DNA from: an uncultured cyanobacterium
GTDB lineage: Bacteria > Cyanobacteriota > Cyanobacteriia > Cyanobacteriales > CAWUOF01
Assembly: GCA_963744145.1 (NCBI GenBank)
Contig: CAVUSO010000001.1
Span: 7,072,001-7,136,000 of the forward strand
Reading direction: 5' to 3'
DNA: 64,000 nt
The notes below the pieces were generated by a model that saw only the letters and a program-made list of their open reading frames with translations, was not told where the DNA came from and did no database searches. Positions within the stretch are counted from its first letter, which is position 1, and each line of letters starts with the position of its first letter. The position numbers and the translations under genes are program-made. Below are positions 63,225 through 64,000 of this stretch, piece after piece.

Positions 63225-63392
63225 TTAGAAAGGGTTAGAGGGTTGGGTTGGTTGTGCGTAACAAGGACAAACAGAATCTCCACAGGCACAAGCCCCAACA
63301 ACCCCTTGCAATTGCTCCATCGCAAGTTGATTGAGTTGCTTCATTCCCCGCTGAGTTCCTGTGCGCTTTAGAGGTTGGTTAGATTTAGCCAT
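63225..63392 (-). CDS. Putative RiPP/bacteriocin precursor, 55 aa: MAKSNQPLKRTGTQRGMKQLNQLAMEQLQGVVGA|CACGDSVCPCYAQPTQPSNPF
   Basis: Hand-translated (below the ORF-track cutoff); purine-rich AAAAGGTACAGGGAT before ATG; L..EQL.GV.GA double-glycine-type cleavage motif; first gene of a cluster with a C39 peptidase exporter. Confidence 0.8.
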   Translation of the reverse strand: MAKSNQPLKRTGTQRGMKQLNQLAMEQLQGVVGACACGDSVCPCYAQPTQPSNPF

Positions 63393-63850
63393 ATCCCTGT
63401 ACCTTTTGAGTATTAATTGGTTGACCTCTTTATTAGAATTCTTTTTTTCTGATCATGCTGTGTTCTTGGCCACAGGCTGTAAGTGTTTCCGATCACTTGC
63501 CAACTACTCGTTCCATGCCTATAATCGCGATTCGTGATGGGGCGTGATGGCAGAGAAAATCAGAAAGCCGCGATCGCCTCAGTCCACTAGAAAATATAGC
63601 GATCGCGATTAGACCAGCAAGCAAAAGTCAGTCCCACCATCAAAAATTAATCTTGTGGGACACTCAGCTTGACTATCCTAGTTATTTTGGCTTTCTTGTC
63701 TATATGTGGATGGAACGCAAGCGATCGCTGGTTGGGGATGAGCATGGCGATCGCCTTGACCAGCCAATTATCTAAGGTACGATAATTTCCATGATTTTCA
63801 GCTACAATTAGTTAATTGGCCAAAAAAATCAATAAAAAAGGATAATCCCG

Positions 63851-64000
63851 ATGACAGAAAGACTAGATAGAATAGAAGCTGTGATCGAAGCCAATTCAGC
63901 CCAAATTCAAGCCAATTCAGCCCAAATTCAAACCAATTCAGCCACAATTGCAGAACTGGGCACTAGGATCAATTCATTGATGCAAGTTGTAGAAATCAAT
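63851..64000 (+). CDS. Partial coiled-coil hypothetical protein with 21-bp heptad repeats
   Basis: MTERLDRIEAVIEANSAQIQANSAQIQTNSATIAELGTRINSLMQVVEIN, open to the window end. Confidence 0.6.
   Translation, partial: MTERLDRIEAVIEANSAQIQANSAQIQTNSATIAELGTRINSLMQVVEIN

Overview
Cyanobacterial chromosomal window, judged from the abundant HIP1 octamer GCGATCGC and genes such as cruF, rpoZ, ycf37, pilBTC, bioU and urtAB. Most of it is housekeeping: urea ABC transport, carotenoid, methionine, lipoate and biotin synthesis, rpmI-rplT, type IV pili and tRNA-Pro(GGG). It also holds a tnpB-only IS200/IS605 element, a repeat-rich island of Rpn-like genes (30.7-35.3 kb), a xisH/xisI remnant and several REP/MITE-like repeat families. 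The standout is a self-contained minus-strand peptide (RiPP/bacteriocin-like) cluster at about 50.5-63.4 kb. It starts with a 55-aa precursor missed by the ORF track (double-glycine-type leader ending EQLQGVVGA, core CACGDSVCPCYAQPTQPSNPF). Next come a MauE/DoxX + thioredoxin(CPAC) fusion as the only candidate tailoring enzyme, the NHLP-type export trio, a second adaptor, a MacB-like permease and TolC. This suggests a disulfide-only, Cys-rich exported-peptide system. Several conserved genes carry single frameshifts; three fall at inferred GGCC sites, so they may be sequencing artefacts rather than pseudogenes. Product calls come from recognising motifs by eye, without database searches.
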